Program-made: the position numbers and the translations under genes
Part shown: positions 28,248 to 38,754 of the stretch, piece after piece
How positions within the stretch are numbered: position 1 is the first letter of the stretch
Layout of the letters: each line of letters opens with the position of its first letter
The notes under the pieces: model-generated
Databases searched by the model: none
Seen by the model: the letters and a program-made list of their open reading frames with translations, nothing else
Told to the model about the DNA's origin: nothing
Source: Actinomycetales bacterium
Lineage (GTDB): Bacteria > Actinomycetota > Actinomycetes > Actinomycetales > Dermatophilaceae
Direction: 5' to 3'
Length of the DNA stretch: 64,000 nucleotides
Assembly: GCA_038330045.1 (NCBI GenBank)
Contig: JBBQNO010000002.1
Coordinates: 21,635 to 85,634 of the forward strand

Positions 28248-29579
28248 ATGGCCCCTTACAGCACGCAGCGATCAGATCACCTCATGCAGACCGCGCGAAC
28301 GGTCATCCCGGCCGGGGTCAATTCGCCCGTTCGCGCGTTTAACTCGGTCGGCGGAAGCCCGCGCTTCATGGCTTCGGCCAACGGCGCGTGGCTGGTCGAC
28401 GCGGACGGCAATCGCTACGTAGACCTGATCTGCTCGTGGGGTCCGATGATTCTCGGCCACGCGCACCCGGATGTGCTTGTGGCGGTCACCGAGGCCGCCT
28501 CGCAAGGCTTCAGTTTCGGCACCCCCACCGAGCGCGAGGTTCTGCTCGCCCAAGAGATTGTCGATCGGGTGCCGCCGGTGGAGCAGGTGCGGCTAGTCAA
28601 CTCGGGCACCGAGGCCACCATGAGCGCGGTGCGGGTAGCGCGTGGCTACACCGGCAGAAGTGTCATCGTGAAATTTGCCGGGTGCTACCACGGGCACGTC
28701 GATGCCCTGCTGGCCGCGGCGGGATCGGGTGCTGCCACGTTCGCCCTGCCCGACTCGGCGGGTGTACCGGCTTCGGCCGCCGGTGAAACCATCGTCCTTG
28801 ACTACAACGACATTGGCGCGGTCGAAGAGGCATTCGCGCGGCGGGGGTCGGAGATCGCGGCCATCATCACTGAGGCCGCCGCTGGCAACATGGGAGTGGT
28901 CCCACCAGCACCAGGATTTACCGATGCGTTGCTTCGTATTGCGCACGCGCACGGTGCCTTGGTCATCTCAGACGAGGTTATGACCGGCTTCCGCTGCAGC
29001 GCGTCGGGTTGGTACGGGGTAGAGGGGCCCTACGAGCATGGGGCACCGGATCTCTTCACCTTCGGCAAGGTAATGGGCGGCGGATTCCCGACTGCGGCCT
29101 TCGGCGGTCGGGCCGACGTCATGTCGGTGCTCGCGCCGCTGGGGCCGGTGTACCAAGCGGGCACGTTGTCGGGTAATCCCGTGGCTTCAGCAGCGGGTTT
29201 GGCGACCCTGCAGGCGTGTACTCCGCAGGTGTACCAGCGGATCGCCGAGGTCGCGGCCGCGTTGGCGAGCGCCGTGGACGAAGCCTTCACTGAGCACGGT
29301 ATACCGCACCAGATTCAGTGGGCGGGGTCGATGTTCAGCGTGTTCTTCAAGGACGGCCCGGTTCGTAACTTCGCTGACGCGCAAGCGCAGGACGCCGCTA
29401 TGTATGCCGCGTTCTTCCACGAGATGCTTGATCGCGGGGTCCATCTGCCGCCGAGTTGCTTCGAATCATGGTTTGTCAGCGCCAGTCACGACGACGACGT
29501 GGTGGCCCACGTCGTCGAGGCGATCCACGCCAGCGCCGCAGTGATCGCTCAGCCTCGCATGGGAGAATTTGGCCCATGA
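28248..29579 (+). CDS. hemL: Glutamate-1-semialdehyde 2,1-aminomutase
   Basis: [57 protein letters not shown]. Confidence 0.97.
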   Translation: MAPYSTQRSDHLMQTARTVIPAGVNSPVRAFNSVGGSPRFMASANGAWLVDADGNRYVDLICSWGPMILGHAHPDVLVAVTEAASQGFSFGTPTEREVLLAQEIVDRVPPVEQVRLVNSGTEATMSAVRVARGYTGRSVIVKFAGCYHGHVDALLAAAGSGAATFALPDSAGVPASAAGETIVLDYNDIGAVEEAFARRGSEIAAIITEAAAGNMGVVPPAPGFTDALLRIAHAHGALVISDEVMTGFRCSASGWYGVEGPYEHGAPDLFTFGKVMGGGFPTAAFGGRADVMSVLAPLGPVYQAGTLSGNPVASAAGLATLQACTPQVYQRIAEVAAALASAVDEAFTEHGIPHQIQWAGSMFSVFFKDGPVRNFADAQAQDAAMYAAFFHEMLDRGVHLPPSCFESWFVSASHDDDVVAHVVEAIHASAAVIAQPRMGEFGP

Positions 29580-30223
29580 CGCAACATGCCGCCACGACCA
29601 CGGTCCACGTCGTCCGGCACGGTGAGGTCCACAATCCGAAGGGCGTTCTCTACGGCCGGATTGCCGACTTCCACCTCTCCGACCTGGGACGGGAGATGGC
29701 GCAGGTCACTGCCGACTACCTGGCCACGATGGACGTAGTCCACGTCGCCGCCTCTCCCCTGGAGCGCGCCCAAGAGACGGCTCAGCCGATCGCGGCCGCA
29801 CACGACCTGGTTCTGCAGACGGACCCTCGGTTGATCGAAGCGGCCAACTACTTCGAAGGCACAACCATCGCGCAGGGTGGCGTGCTCAAACACCCCAAAC
29901 ACTGGCAGCACCTGATTAACCCGCTTACCCCCAGTTGGGGCGAGCCCTACCGCAAGATCGCAACTCGGATGTATGCCGCGCTGACCACGGCCCGCAACGC
30001 GGCACGAGGCCGCGAAGCGGTGTTGGTCTCGCACCAACTGCCCGTATGGACGATGCGCCAGCGGCTCGAAGGGCACCGACTCTGGCACGACCCCCGTCAG
30101 CGTGAATGCACGTTGGCTTCGGTGACCTCGGTGCGTTACGTGGAGGACGAGGCGGTCGAAGTGACCTATGCCGAGCCTGCCGCCCACTTGCTGGCCGGCG
30201 CAGCGCCCGGCGCGGGGGCATGA
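29576..30223 (+). CDS. Histidine phosphatase family protein
   Basis: [25 protein letters not shown]. Start overlaps the hemL stop (ATGA). Confidence 0.9.
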   Translation: MTQHAATTTVHVVRHGEVHNPKGVLYGRIADFHLSDLGREMAQVTADYLATMDVVHVAASPLERAQETAQPIAAAHDLVLQTDPRLIEAANYFEGTTIAQGGVLKHPKHWQHLINPLTPSWGEPYRKIATRMYAALTTARNAARGREAVLVSHQLPVWTMRQRLEGHRLWHDPRQRECTLASVTSVRYVEDEAVEVTYAEPAAHLLAGAAPGAGA

Positions 30224-30837
30224 GCACCCGCTCGTCGCGTCGGACGTCACGCGCGGCTACCTTGAGGGCTCCGGTTGCGGCGCTCGCCGTCGTGATGGTC
30301 GCCGCTGGTTGCTCCGGAGGTGGCAATAGCATTGCCGATCAGGCGCGGGCCGGAAACAACAAGAACTACATTGCCGGTGATGGCAGCGTCACGACTGTGG
30401 GGCCGGAGCAGCGTGAGACGACGCTCGATCTGAGTGGGACGACTCTAGACGGCGATGCCTGGAGCTCTAGCGAAGCCGTCGGGGATGTGTTGGTAGTCAA
30501 CGTGTGGGGGTCGTGGTGCCCCCCGTGCCGCGACGAAATGGATGATTTGGTCACCGTTCACGGCGAATTCACCGACGCGGGGGAGCCGGTGCAGTTCATG
30601 GGGGTCAACGATCGCGACAGTGTGCCGACAGCGCAAGCGTTCGAGAAGGCCCACGACGTGGAGTACCCGTCGTTGGAAGACAACGGCGGTGCGACCCGAG
30701 CCGATCTGGTGGGTCTTGCCAACGCGACGCCTAGCACGTTAGTGGTCGACCCCGAAGGCAAGGTTGCCGCCCGGGTGAACGGCCCGGTGTCTGCGAGCAC
30801 GCTGCGTGCGCTGGTCCAAGACGTGCTCGATGAATAG
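30220..30837 (+). CDS. resA: TlpA/ResA-like thiol-disulfide oxidoreductase lipoprotein
   Basis: Lipobox AAGC and NVWGSWCPPC; lies in the cytochrome c biogenesis cluster. Confidence 0.88.
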   Translation: MSTRSSRRTSRAATLRAPVAALAVVMVAAGCSGGGNSIADQARAGNNKNYIAGDGSVTTVGPEQRETTLDLSGTTLDGDAWSSSEAVGDVLVVNVWGSWCPPCRDEMDDLVTVHGEFTDAGEPVQFMGVNDRDSVPTAQAFEKAHDVEYPSLEDNGGATRADLVGLANATPSTLVVDPEGKVAARVNGPVSASTLRALVQDVLDE

Positions 30838-30852
30838 CGGGAGGGCGCCCCA

Positions 30853-31593
30853 ATGAGCGAAATGGTGTTGAGCGGGCCGCTGGCGGCTGCGCTGTTCGTG
30901 GCTTTGGCGGCCGGAGTGGTCTCCTTTGCCTCGCCCTGCGTCCTGCCACTGGTGCCCGGATTCTTGGGATACATCACCGGTATGACGCCCGACTCCACGC
31001 AGACTAGTGTGCGCTGGAAGATGCTGACCGGCGCGGCCTTGTTCGTGATGGGGTTTAGCGCCGTCTTCATCGTGATGAGTGTGGTCGTCTCGTCGCTGGG
31101 TTTGTTGCTGCGTGAGCACCAAGGTTTGTTGCTGCAGGTTGGGGGCGTCATCGTGCTGGCGCTAGGGGTCTTCATGCTCGGGTCGGCTGGTCGTGGCTGG
31201 CAGCCGCGGTGGCGTCCTACTGCAGGGCTGCTCGGAGCCCCTGCCTTGGGAGTGGTCTTCGGTTTGGGCTTCACCGCCTGCTCCGGGCCGTCGCTGGCCG
31301 CCATTCAAACGCTGGGGGCTTCGCTAGCGCCGAGCGACGGGGCCTCGACGCGAGCTATCGCCTTGGCCATTGCCTACTGCGTGGGCCTGGGGGCACCTTT
31401 CATCGCCATCGCGGGCGGTGCTGGCTGGGCCACCACTGCGTCGGCGCGGCTGCGTCGTCATCACGCTCTCATCCAGCGTGTATCTGGAGGGATATTGATC
31501 GTGCTCGGAGGGCTGCTCATCAGCGGTCTGTGGAACAGCCTGACGGTCTGGGCACAGACTCGCTTGATCTCCTCCTTTGAAACGGTCCTATGA
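30853..31593 (+). CDS. ccdA: Cytochrome c biogenesis protein CcdA
   Basis: SFASPCVLPLVPG and FTACSGP (DsbD-type Cys pair); multi-TM. Confidence 0.92.
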   Translation: MSEMVLSGPLAAALFVALAAGVVSFASPCVLPLVPGFLGYITGMTPDSTQTSVRWKMLTGAALFVMGFSAVFIVMSVVVSSLGLLLREHQGLLLQVGGVIVLALGVFMLGSAGRGWQPRWRPTAGLLGAPALGVVFGLGFTACSGPSLAAIQTLGASLAPSDGASTRAIALAIAYCVGLGAPFIAIAGGAGWATTASARLRRHHALIQRVSGGILIVLGGLLISGLWNSLTVWAQTRLISSFETVL

Positions 31594-33284
31594 GCAGCGC
31601 CACAGTGGTCAAGAGCAACACGCTGGAGCCGGAAGGCGTCAAGCAACCGAGCCTGGGGCCCCTCGGGTGGGCTCGTTGGGTGTGGCGTCAGCTAACCAGT
31701 ATGCGCACCGCGCTGATGCTTCTGCTGCTGCTGGCCATCGCGGCGGTGCCTGGGTCGATTTGGCCGCAGCGTGCCGTGGACCCGGCGTTGGTCTCCGCCT
31801 ATCTGCGTAACAACCCTGAGCTCGGAAAATGGCTCGACCGGTTCCAGATGTTCGACGTGTTCTCCTCGCCCTGGTTTGCCTCGATCTACCTGCTGTTGAT
31901 GGTCTCGTTGGTCGGCTGTCTGGTGCCGCGGAGCCGATCACACTGGCGGGGCATGCGCGCCCAACCTCCTGCTGCACCGACCCGCCTGACTAGGCTGCCG
32001 GCATACACCCGCGTGGAGTTACGTGGTACAGATCAGGGGGGCGCGACCTCGCAGGAGCTCATTGACGCTACCCGGGCAGTGTTGAAGCGGCGCCGCTTTC
32101 GGATGCGCCGGCCCAGCGAGAACGCGACCCGCATCGAGGTCGCCGCGGAGGCTGGATACGCCAAGGAGTCAGGCAACCTGATCTTTCACATTGCCTTGCT
32201 CGGCGTCATTATCTCGGTGGCAGTCGGCCACCTGTGGGGATGGCGTGGCGAGGTGATCTTGCCCGAGGACGCATCGTTCACCTCGTTGGCGGTGCAGTAC
32301 GACACGTTTGCCCCCGGCCCCCTGGTCGACGAAGACGAGTTGCCGCCGTTCTCGATGCAACTGAACTCGATGACCGTGTCGTTCGAGACCCAGGCGCAAG
32401 GGGCGCAGTTCGGAGCGCCGCGTGAGTTCTCGGCCAGGGTGAGCACCTCCGACGGCCCGGGCGAGCCAGTGGAAGAAAAGCGGCTCGCCGTCAACGATCC
32501 GCTGCACGTCAACGGCGCATCGGTCTTCCTCCTCGGCAATGGGTACGCGCCGGTCGTCACCGTGCGCGACGCGGACGACAATGTGCTCTTCTCCGACGCG
32601 GTGCCGTTCTTGCCGCAAGATGGCAACTACACCTCCACGGGGGCTATCAAAGTGGCCGGCGCGGACCCCGAGCTGGGGTTCTACGGTGCTTTCTTGCCCA
32701 CCGCGCGCTTTGACGACGTGCTCGGTCCGACCTCAGACTTCCCTGACTTGGTGGACCCTCAGTTGGCTATCGGGGTCTACGAGGGAGACCTGTTCCCGGG
32801 TGGAGCGCCGCAGTCGGTGTACGTCCTGGACACTGCGGCGATGGAGCAGTTGCCCGATGCCTCGGGGGAGCCGACCACGCTGTTGCTCAAGCCGGGCCAA
32901 ACGTTGGCGTTGCCGGATGGTCGAGGAACCGTGACGCTCGATACGGTTGTGCGGTGGGGTGGCCTTGTGGTCCGGCACGATCCGGGCCGACTACCGGTCC
33001 TGATCAGTGCCATCAGTGTTTTGGTGGGCCTCGTGCTGATGTTGGCCGTGCGTCGCCGTCGCGTGTTCGTCCGAGTGGTGAACGCCCCGGGGGGCAACGG
33101 AGACGTCGAAGCCGGGGATAGGCATACTGGATTAGAGGTCGCAGGACTGGTCAAGGGTAGTGACCCAGGTCTGCAGGCGTTCGTGGAACGGCTTTCTGCG
33201 GAAATCGTGGAACGCTGCAGCAGCGTGAGCGGCACGACACAAGATCAGCGCACAGCACCAGAGACATCGAAGGGCAACGGATGA
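31590..33284 (+). CDS. resB: Cytochrome c biogenesis protein ResB/Ccs1
   Basis: LTSMRTAL..GSIWPQR, DVFSSPWF, GNLIFH, VNDPL, GNGYAP. Confidence 0.93.
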   Translation: MSSATVVKSNTLEPEGVKQPSLGPLGWARWVWRQLTSMRTALMLLLLLAIAAVPGSIWPQRAVDPALVSAYLRNNPELGKWLDRFQMFDVFSSPWFASIYLLLMVSLVGCLVPRSRSHWRGMRAQPPAAPTRLTRLPAYTRVELRGTDQGGATSQELIDATRAVLKRRRFRMRRPSENATRIEVAAEAGYAKESGNLIFHIALLGVIISVAVGHLWGWRGEVILPEDASFTSLAVQYDTFAPGPLVDEDELPPFSMQLNSMTVSFETQAQGAQFGAPREFSARVSTSDGPGEPVEEKRLAVNDPLHVNGASVFLLGNGYAPVVTVRDADDNVLFSDAVPFLPQDGNYTSTGAIKVAGADPELGFYGAFLPTARFDDVLGPTSDFPDLVDPQLAIGVYEGDLFPGGAPQSVYVLDTAAMEQLPDASGEPTTLLLKPGQTLALPDGRGTVTLDTVVRWGGLVVRHDPGRLPVLISAISVLVGLVLMLAVRRRRVFVRVVNAPGGNGDVEAGDRHTGLEVAGLVKGSDPGLQAFVERLSAEIVERCSSVSGTTQDQRTAPETSKGNG

Positions 33285-34297
33285 GAAACGACACACTGGC
33301 GGCAGCCTCAGACATCGGCGTGTGGGCGACGATGGTGGTGCTGGTCTTGGCCATGGTCGCGTTTGCCGCGCACCTGGCCGTGCAGGCATCGTCGGCGCGA
33401 GCGCACGCCGAAGCGCAAGTGCTGGTGGGCAGTAGCGCCATCAACGCGGGAGGATCCGCTGCGGGGGCTGATCCTGAAAACAGTGCCGGTGATGCTTTCG
33501 CGGAAAAGCCGCGGCCGCGCCGGTGGGGTGTGCTGGGGTTGCAGTTCACGCTGGTGGCGACCGGGCTGCTGGTGGTCTCGACCGCCCTTCGCGGGTTGTC
33601 GGTGCAGCGTGCGCCGCTGGGCAACATGTACGAATTTGCGTTGTCGGCCTCATGTTTTGCGCTCCTCATCTACTCGGGCTGGAGTCTGCGCCGCGATCTG
33701 CTCTGGCTCGGCCTCTTTGTGGCGGCTCCTGTGCTCCTCATCTTGGGGTTCGCACGCGGCGCTTGGTACACCGAGGCGTCGCAGTTGCTGCCCTCGCTGC
33801 GCAGCATCTGGCTGATCATTCACGTCACCGTCGCGACGCTCACCGTGGGGCTCTTCATCATCGGCTTCGCCACCGCCGTGCTGTATTTGCTGCAGGATCG
33901 GCGTGAGCAGCGACTCGTTGAGACGTCTGTGCCGCAGGGAGAGCCCGTCCAGAAGCAGCGTCGCACGTGGCTTGCCGCTCTGCCGAAGGCTGAGGCCTTG
34001 GAGCGAATTACCTACGGCATACACGTGGTGGCCTTCCCGCTGTGGACGTTCACGCTTATCGCGGGTGCGATTTGGGCTGAGCAGGCGTGGGGCCGCTACT
34101 GGGGGTGGGACGCCAAGGAGGTCTGGACCTTCGTCATCTTCGTTGTCTACGCGGCATACCTGCACGCGCGTGCCACGACCGGCTGGACCACTCGCAAGGC
34201 GACCTGGCTGGCGATCGTCGGATTCGGTTGCATTGTGATGAACTACGCCGTGGTCAACATCTTCTTCGTGGGTCTGCACTCCTACAGCGGGGTGTGA
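33281..34297 (+). CDS. ccsB: Cytochrome c biogenesis protein CcsB/ResC (system II heme lyase)
   Basis: PLGNMYEF, WLIIHV, and the WWD domain GAIWAEQAWGRYWGWDAKEVW, then GLHSY. Confidence 0.95.
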   Translation: MRNDTLAAASDIGVWATMVVLVLAMVAFAAHLAVQASSARAHAEAQVLVGSSAINAGGSAAGADPENSAGDAFAEKPRPRRWGVLGLQFTLVATGLLVVSTALRGLSVQRAPLGNMYEFALSASCFALLIYSGWSLRRDLLWLGLFVAAPVLLILGFARGAWYTEASQLLPSLRSIWLIIHVTVATLTVGLFIIGFATAVLYLLQDRREQRLVETSVPQGEPVQKQRRTWLAALPKAEALERITYGIHVVAFPLWTFTLIAGAIWAEQAWGRYWGWDAKEVWTFVIFVVYAAYLHARATTGWTTRKATWLAIVGFGCIVMNYAVVNIFFVGLHSYSGV

Positions 34298-34302
34298 TTG
34301 CC

Positions 34303-34569
34303 ATGTTGCGTTACACCGTGCTGCGTCTGCTGATCTTCGCCGTCTTCTTGCTAGCTTTCATCTGGATGAACGTCCCCGATATCTGGGCGCTGTTGTTTGC
34401 CGCGCTCTTCTCGATGGTGACGTCGCTGTTCTTGCTCCGCCGCCAGCGTCAGCAGATGGCGGAGGAGTTGGTCGCGCAGGTCGAGAAGCAACGCACGAAG
34501 CGGGCCAGCAAGATCGCGTCAGAGCGCACGGACGAAGACGAAGAAGACTCCGAAATGGACAGCCGCTAA
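34303..34569 (+). CDS. DUF4229-type small membrane protein
   Basis: MLRYTVLRL two-TM pattern with acidic tail; typical position after ccsB. Confidence 0.75.
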   Translation: MLRYTVLRLLIFAVFLLAFIWMNVPDIWALLFAALFSMVTSLFLLRRQRQQMAEELVAQVEKQRTKRASKIASERTDEDEEDSEMDSR

Positions 34570-34661
34570 CGACGTTTGTTCACCCGACCGAAGCGAGCGC
34601 GTGCTGAGGGCATACGGAACTGGCGCTCTAACGCCACAAGTGTATGCCGCTGATTCGTGAA

Positions 34662-35564
34662 TTAGCCAGCGGTCGAGCCGGCCGAGGGCCAGCTCGAGAT
34701 CATCAGACCAGCTGTGAGCAACACCGCGTAGCCAAGTTGCGTCAGGCTGGTGCTGCCGAGCACAGGCACGAGGCCGCTACCGAGCGCGCCACTTCGGACG
34801 GTACGCACCGGCACCCAGGCCAGTGGTAAGGCCCCCAGCGCCAAGAGCGCCCACGGATGACCAACGGCGGCCACGGGCAGAAGCGCAAAGGGCACGAGCA
34901 CCAAAGCCGTAAAGAAGAGCCGGGTGCGCTGGTCGCCCATCTTGACGGCGAGCGTCAGTTTGCCGACGTGCTCGTCTCCGGGGATGTCGCGCAAGTTGTT
35001 GACGACCAGGATCGCGCACGCAAGGGCACCCACGCCGACGGCGCCGATGAGCGCGCTGAGGGTCAACGACTGGGACTGCGTCCACTGCGTCCCCAGCGTC
35101 GCCACCAAGCCGAAGAAGACGAAGACCGCTAATTCGCCCAGGCCGCGATACCCATACGGTCGAGCTCCGCCGGTGTATCGCCAGGCGGCCACAATCGCCA
35201 CTGCTCCGACGATCAACAGGATCCAGGCGTTCGACAAAGCCACCAGTGCCAAACCCACCACGGCAGCGATGCCGAAGCAACCGAAGGCTGCGAACTTCAC
35301 CATTGCCGGGTCGGCAAGTCCTTGACCGACGAGGCGTATTGGCCCCACCCGCGTGGCGTCGGTGCCCCGGACCCCGTCGGAGTAGTCATTCGCGTAGTTG
35401 ACGCCGACCTGCAATGACACGGCCACCACGAGCGCCAGCAGGGCCATGCCGAAATTGGCTTCGCCTTCGGTGAAGGCGGCCCCGGTGCCGACGGCAACGG
35501 GCGCGAAGGCAGCGGGGAGTGTGCGGGGGCGCGCTCCGGCGACCCACTGAGCGACGTCAGCCAT
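34662..35564 (-). CDS. menA: 1,4-dihydroxy-2-naphthoate polyprenyltransferase
   Basis: GARPRTLP, NYANDYSDG, YTGG..YGY.GLGE, NNLRDI..D..GK.TLAV. Confidence 0.95.
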   Translation of the reverse strand: MADVAQWVAGARPRTLPAAFAPVAVGTGAAFTEGEANFGMALLALVVAVSLQVGVNYANDYSDGVRGTDATRVGPIRLVGQGLADPAMVKFAAFGCFGIAAVVGLALVALSNAWILLIVGAVAIVAAWRYTGGARPYGYRGLGELAVFVFFGLVATLGTQWTQSQSLTLSALIGAVGVGALACAILVVNNLRDIPGDEHVGKLTLAVKMGDQRTRLFFTALVLVPFALLPVAAVGHPWALLALGALPLAWVPVRTVRSGALGSGLVPVLGSTSLTQLGYAVLLTAGLMISSWPSAGSTAG

Positions 35565-35568
35565 CGAG

Positions 35569-35865
35569 TTATATGCCGCGCAAGAAGTCGGGGTCGTCAT
35601 CGGGGCCAAGTGGCCCGCGAGTCTGCCCGCCACGACCAGGCTGTCCCTTGGGCCTGCCCGCCATGAGCCAGGCAACACCACCGACGACCGGGAACACCAA
35701 CGTCACGACGACCCAAGCCAACTTGGGCAAGTTGCGCACTTCGTTTCGATCGGTACGTGAGACATCGACAAAGCAGTAGGCGACAAAAGCCACGATGGCG
35801 ATAGTCAAGATAGCGCGTGCCACTAAGGTCCTTCGATTGATAGGGGAAGGCCTATATTCTGTCAT
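35569..35865 (-). CDS. PLD nuclease N-terminal domain (PLDc_N) small membrane protein
   Basis: YCFVDV..LPKLAW..FPVVGGVAWL..GPDDDPDFL. Start estimated at ATG 35865. Confidence 0.8.
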   Translation of the reverse strand: MTEYRPSPINRRTLVARAILTIAIVAFVAYCFVDVSRTDRNEVRNLPKLAWVVVTLVFPVVGGVAWLMAGRPKGQPGRGGQTRGPLGPDDDPDFLRGI

Positions 35866-36991
35866 CTTCCTGAACGAACGCTGCCCGGACCCTCGCCGTA
35901 TCGACCTTGCCGCCGGGCAGCCGAGGCAGCGCCGCCACCAGCGAGATCTGAGCCGGCAACGCGTAAGCGTTGAGCGAAGGCCGCAACTGGGAACGGAACC
36001 AACCGGTGGAATCGGCACGGGAACGTGGTGTGTCCATCGAATCGATATGTGTGACGACCATGGCGGCCACCCTCATGCCCCACTCGGCGTCCGGGATCCC
36101 TACGACGGCGGCCTCGGAGACTTCGTCGAGGGCGGTCAGGGCATCAACGACTGACTGCGGGTGCACTTTGTTCGCGCCGGTGTTGATCACGTCGTCGCTG
36201 CGACCCAAGATGCGCCAGCGCCCGGAGGCCATGCCGGGCTCGGGCCCATCCTCTATGCCGATATCACCCGTCTTGAACCACCTCTGCCCCTCGAGCGTCA
36301 CGAAGGCGGAGGCGGTGAGGTCGGGGCGGTCGGCATACTCCTGCGCCAGGGTTGGCCCGGCGATCAGTATGCGACCCGGCTCGCCGAGGGGACCGTCAGT
36401 GCGCAATCGCACACCCCGCAGCGGTATGCCGTCGTACACGCAGCCGCCTGACGTTTCGGTCATGCCGTAGGTGTGGGTCCAGGCCACCCTCGCCTCGGTG
36501 AGCCTGCTGGCGGTGGACGGCACCAGGGCCGCGCCGCCTATAAGGACCCGGTCAAACGAGGCTAACGCCTGCGACCCAGCAGAGGTGGAAAGCAGCCGAT
36601 GAATCTGGGTGGGCACCAACGAGACGTATCGGCGCTCCCCAGCGCTCATCCGCCCTACTGCCTGCACGAACGCCGCGCTGGTGAACGGAGCATCCGGGGT
36701 CATCTGCACGGGGTCGAGGCCGGAGATAAAGGAGCGGACCCAGACCTGCAAGCCGCCGATGTGTGTGGGGGACAGGGCAGATAACCATTGGCCGGCGCCG
36801 CCGAGTGCTGCGTGAGCGGCGTGCGCCGACGCGAGTAGCGCGCCGCTGGTCAGCACCACTGCGGTGGGATAGCCCGTCGACCCGGACGTGCTTACGACGA
36901 CTGACCCTTCGCGGGTGAGTTGGTGGCTCAGCGCAGCAAAGAAATGTGCGGGCACAGCACCACTGAAATCAAGGTGCTCGATGTCTGTCAC
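35852..36991 (-). CDS. menE: o-succinylbenzoate--CoA ligase
   Basis: STSGSTG, TYGMTET, FKTGDIG, GRSDDVINTG and LPGGK ANL motifs within the men cluster. Confidence 0.88.
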   Translation of the reverse strand: MTDIEHLDFSGAVPAHFFAALSHQLTREGSVVVSTSGSTGYPTAVVLTSGALLASAHAAHAALGGAGQWLSALSPTHIGGLQVWVRSFISGLDPVQMTPDAPFTSAAFVQAVGRMSAGERRYVSLVPTQIHRLLSTSAGSQALASFDRVLIGGAALVPSTASRLTEARVAWTHTYGMTETSGGCVYDGIPLRGVRLRTDGPLGEPGRILIAGPTLAQEYADRPDLTASAFVTLEGQRWFKTGDIGIEDGPEPGMASGRWRILGRSDDVINTGANKVHPQSVVDALTALDEVSEAAVVGIPDAEWGMRVAAMVVTHIDSMDTPRSRADSTGWFRSQLRPSLNAYALPAQISLVAALPRLPGGKVDTARVRAAFVQEDDRI

Positions 36992-37020
36992 GACCTACCG
37001 GTAACCGAGCGTGTGTGCGG

Positions 37021-37677
37021 TCATCCCTCGGGGGGAGGTGACAACTGGCTGAGGCCCAAGTCGACGAACCACTCGTCGTCGTACTTCTTCAGGACAAAAG
37101 TCTGCTCGCCAAAGCCTGCCGCAAATAAGTCGGAGAAATTATCCTTGTCGACCTTTGCGGTGTCCCCCTGCACGTCTGCACCGCTGATCTCCATGACCCC
37201 CAGGATTGCGGCCTCTTCCTTGGTGATCTCACCCTCGGTCTGAGCCGGGATGGTCTTTTTGCAAATCTCCAGGAGCTCTTCGTCGTCCTTCAACGGCCCC
37301 GTTCCCGCACCCTGGAGGTCGGCCATAAAGTTGCACATGTCGGGGTCGGCCTTGGTCAGCGCCGTGATGAACTCTTTGGTGACGTCGGCAGCCGCTTGAC
37401 CGTCGGCTCCGCCTTCGACATCTTCATCCGGCCCGCCGGTCGCCTTGGCGGTGTCGCCGGTGGCATCGGAGCTATCGCCGGTCGTTTCAGCCATGTCGTC
37501 GCCGGGGGCCGAGGTCGCCGTCGTCATCGCGGTGTCGCTCGTCATGGCGACGTCGTCGGGAGCCTGCCTAGCGCTGGTTGACCCGGCACCGTCGGCCGGG
37601 GTGTTCTCCTCGTCCGAACTGCACGCCGACAACGCAAGGGCGGGGACCGCAACAGCAATCACGAGTGCACGACGCAT
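37021..37677 (-). CDS. Hypothetical lipoprotein with Thr/Asp-rich linker
   Basis: Signal peptide ending LSAC, low-complexity linker, NTF2-like C-terminal region. Confidence 0.75.
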   Translation of the reverse strand: MRRALVIAVAVPALALSACSSDEENTPADGAGSTSARQAPDDVAMTSDTAMTTATSAPGDDMAETTGDSSDATGDTAKATGGPDEDVEGGADGQAAADVTKEFITALTKADPDMCNFMADLQGAGTGPLKDDEELLEICKKTIPAQTEGEITKEEAAILGVMEISGADVQGDTAKVDKDNFSDLFAAGFGEQTFVLKKYDDEWFVDLGLSQLSPPPEG

Positions 37678-37802
37678 GGTGGAGCCTTTCGAGCGTGAAG
37701 GAAATGAACGCCTTATGAGGCTACAGGCGGCAGCCCCTCGCGTCGAAGCCGTCGAGCAGACGTTCGAGCGGGTCAGGCGGGATCAGACGGGTGGGGGGCT
37801 AT

Positions 37803-38735
37803 TCAGAAGTACCAGGGGTATGCCGACCAGTCCGGTGCTCGCTTGTCCAAAAAGGCGTCTCGACCCTCCACCGCCTCGTCGGTCATGTAAGCCAATCGGG
37901 TGGCCTCACCGGCAAAGACCTGTTGCCCCATCAAGCCGTCGTCAGCCAGGTTGAACGCGAACTTCAGCATCCGTTGTGCGGTAGGCGACTTGCCGACGAT
38001 TTCGGCGGCCATCCTCAACGCCTCGCTCTCAAGATCGGCGTGGTTGACCACCAGGTTGACTGCGCCCATCCGCTGCATCGTTTCTGCGTCATACGTGCGG
38101 CCGAGGAAGAAGATTTCGCGCGCGTTCTTCTGTCCGACCATCCGGGCCAGGTATGCCGACCCGTAGCCGGCGTCGAAGCTGCCCACGTCGGCGTCGGTCT
38201 GCTTAAACCGGGCGTGCTCGCGGGAGGCAATCGTCAGATCGCAGACCACGTGTAGGGAGTGCCCACCGCCAGCAGCCCACCCGTTGACCACCGCCACCAC
38301 CACCTTGGGCATGGTGCGGATGAGGCGTTGGACCTCCAGGATGTGCAACCGGCCCCCGGCAGCCTTGACCCTCGCCTCGTCGACGGATTCGGCGCCTTCC
38401 CCGTCGGCATACTGATATCCGGAGCGACCCCGGATGCGCTGATCGCCACCAGAGCAGAAAGCCCGTCCGCCGTCTTTGTCACTGGGGCCGTTGCCGGTCA
38501 GCACGATGACGCCGACGTCGGGCGTCATCCGGGCGTGATCGAGTGCTCGATAGAGCTCGTCGACGGTGTGGGGGCGGAAGGCGTTGCGCACGTGGGGGCG
38601 GTCGAAGGCGATACGCACACACCCCGTGGACCGAGCCCGGTGGTAGGTGATGTCGCTGAAATCGAATCCGGACACCACGTCCCACGCCCCCGGATCGAAG
38701 GTTTCGGAAACGGCCACACTGGTGTCATCACTCAC
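37803..38735 (-). CDS. menB: 1,4-dihydroxy-2-naphthoyl-CoA synthase
   Basis: DITYHR, FDRPHVRNAFRP, FCSGGDQR, GGGHSLH, DVGSFDAGYG, EGRDAF. Start is GTG 38735 or ATG 38756. Confidence 0.96.
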   Translation of the reverse strand: MSDDTSVAVSETFDPGAWDVVSGFDFSDITYHRARSTGCVRIAFDRPHVRNAFRPHTVDELYRALDHARMTPDVGVIVLTGNGPSDKDGGRAFCSGGDQRIRGRSGYQYADGEGAESVDEARVKAAGGRLHILEVQRLIRTMPKVVVAVVNGWAAGGGHSLHVVCDLTIASREHARFKQTDADVGSFDAGYGSAYLARMVGQKNAREIFFLGRTYDAETMQRMGAVNLVVNHADLESEALRMAAEIVGKSPTAQRMLKFAFNLADDGLMGQQVFAGEATRLAYMTDEAVEGRDAFLDKRAPDWSAYPWYF

Positions 38736-38754
38736 AGCGCCCCAGACTAGGTGC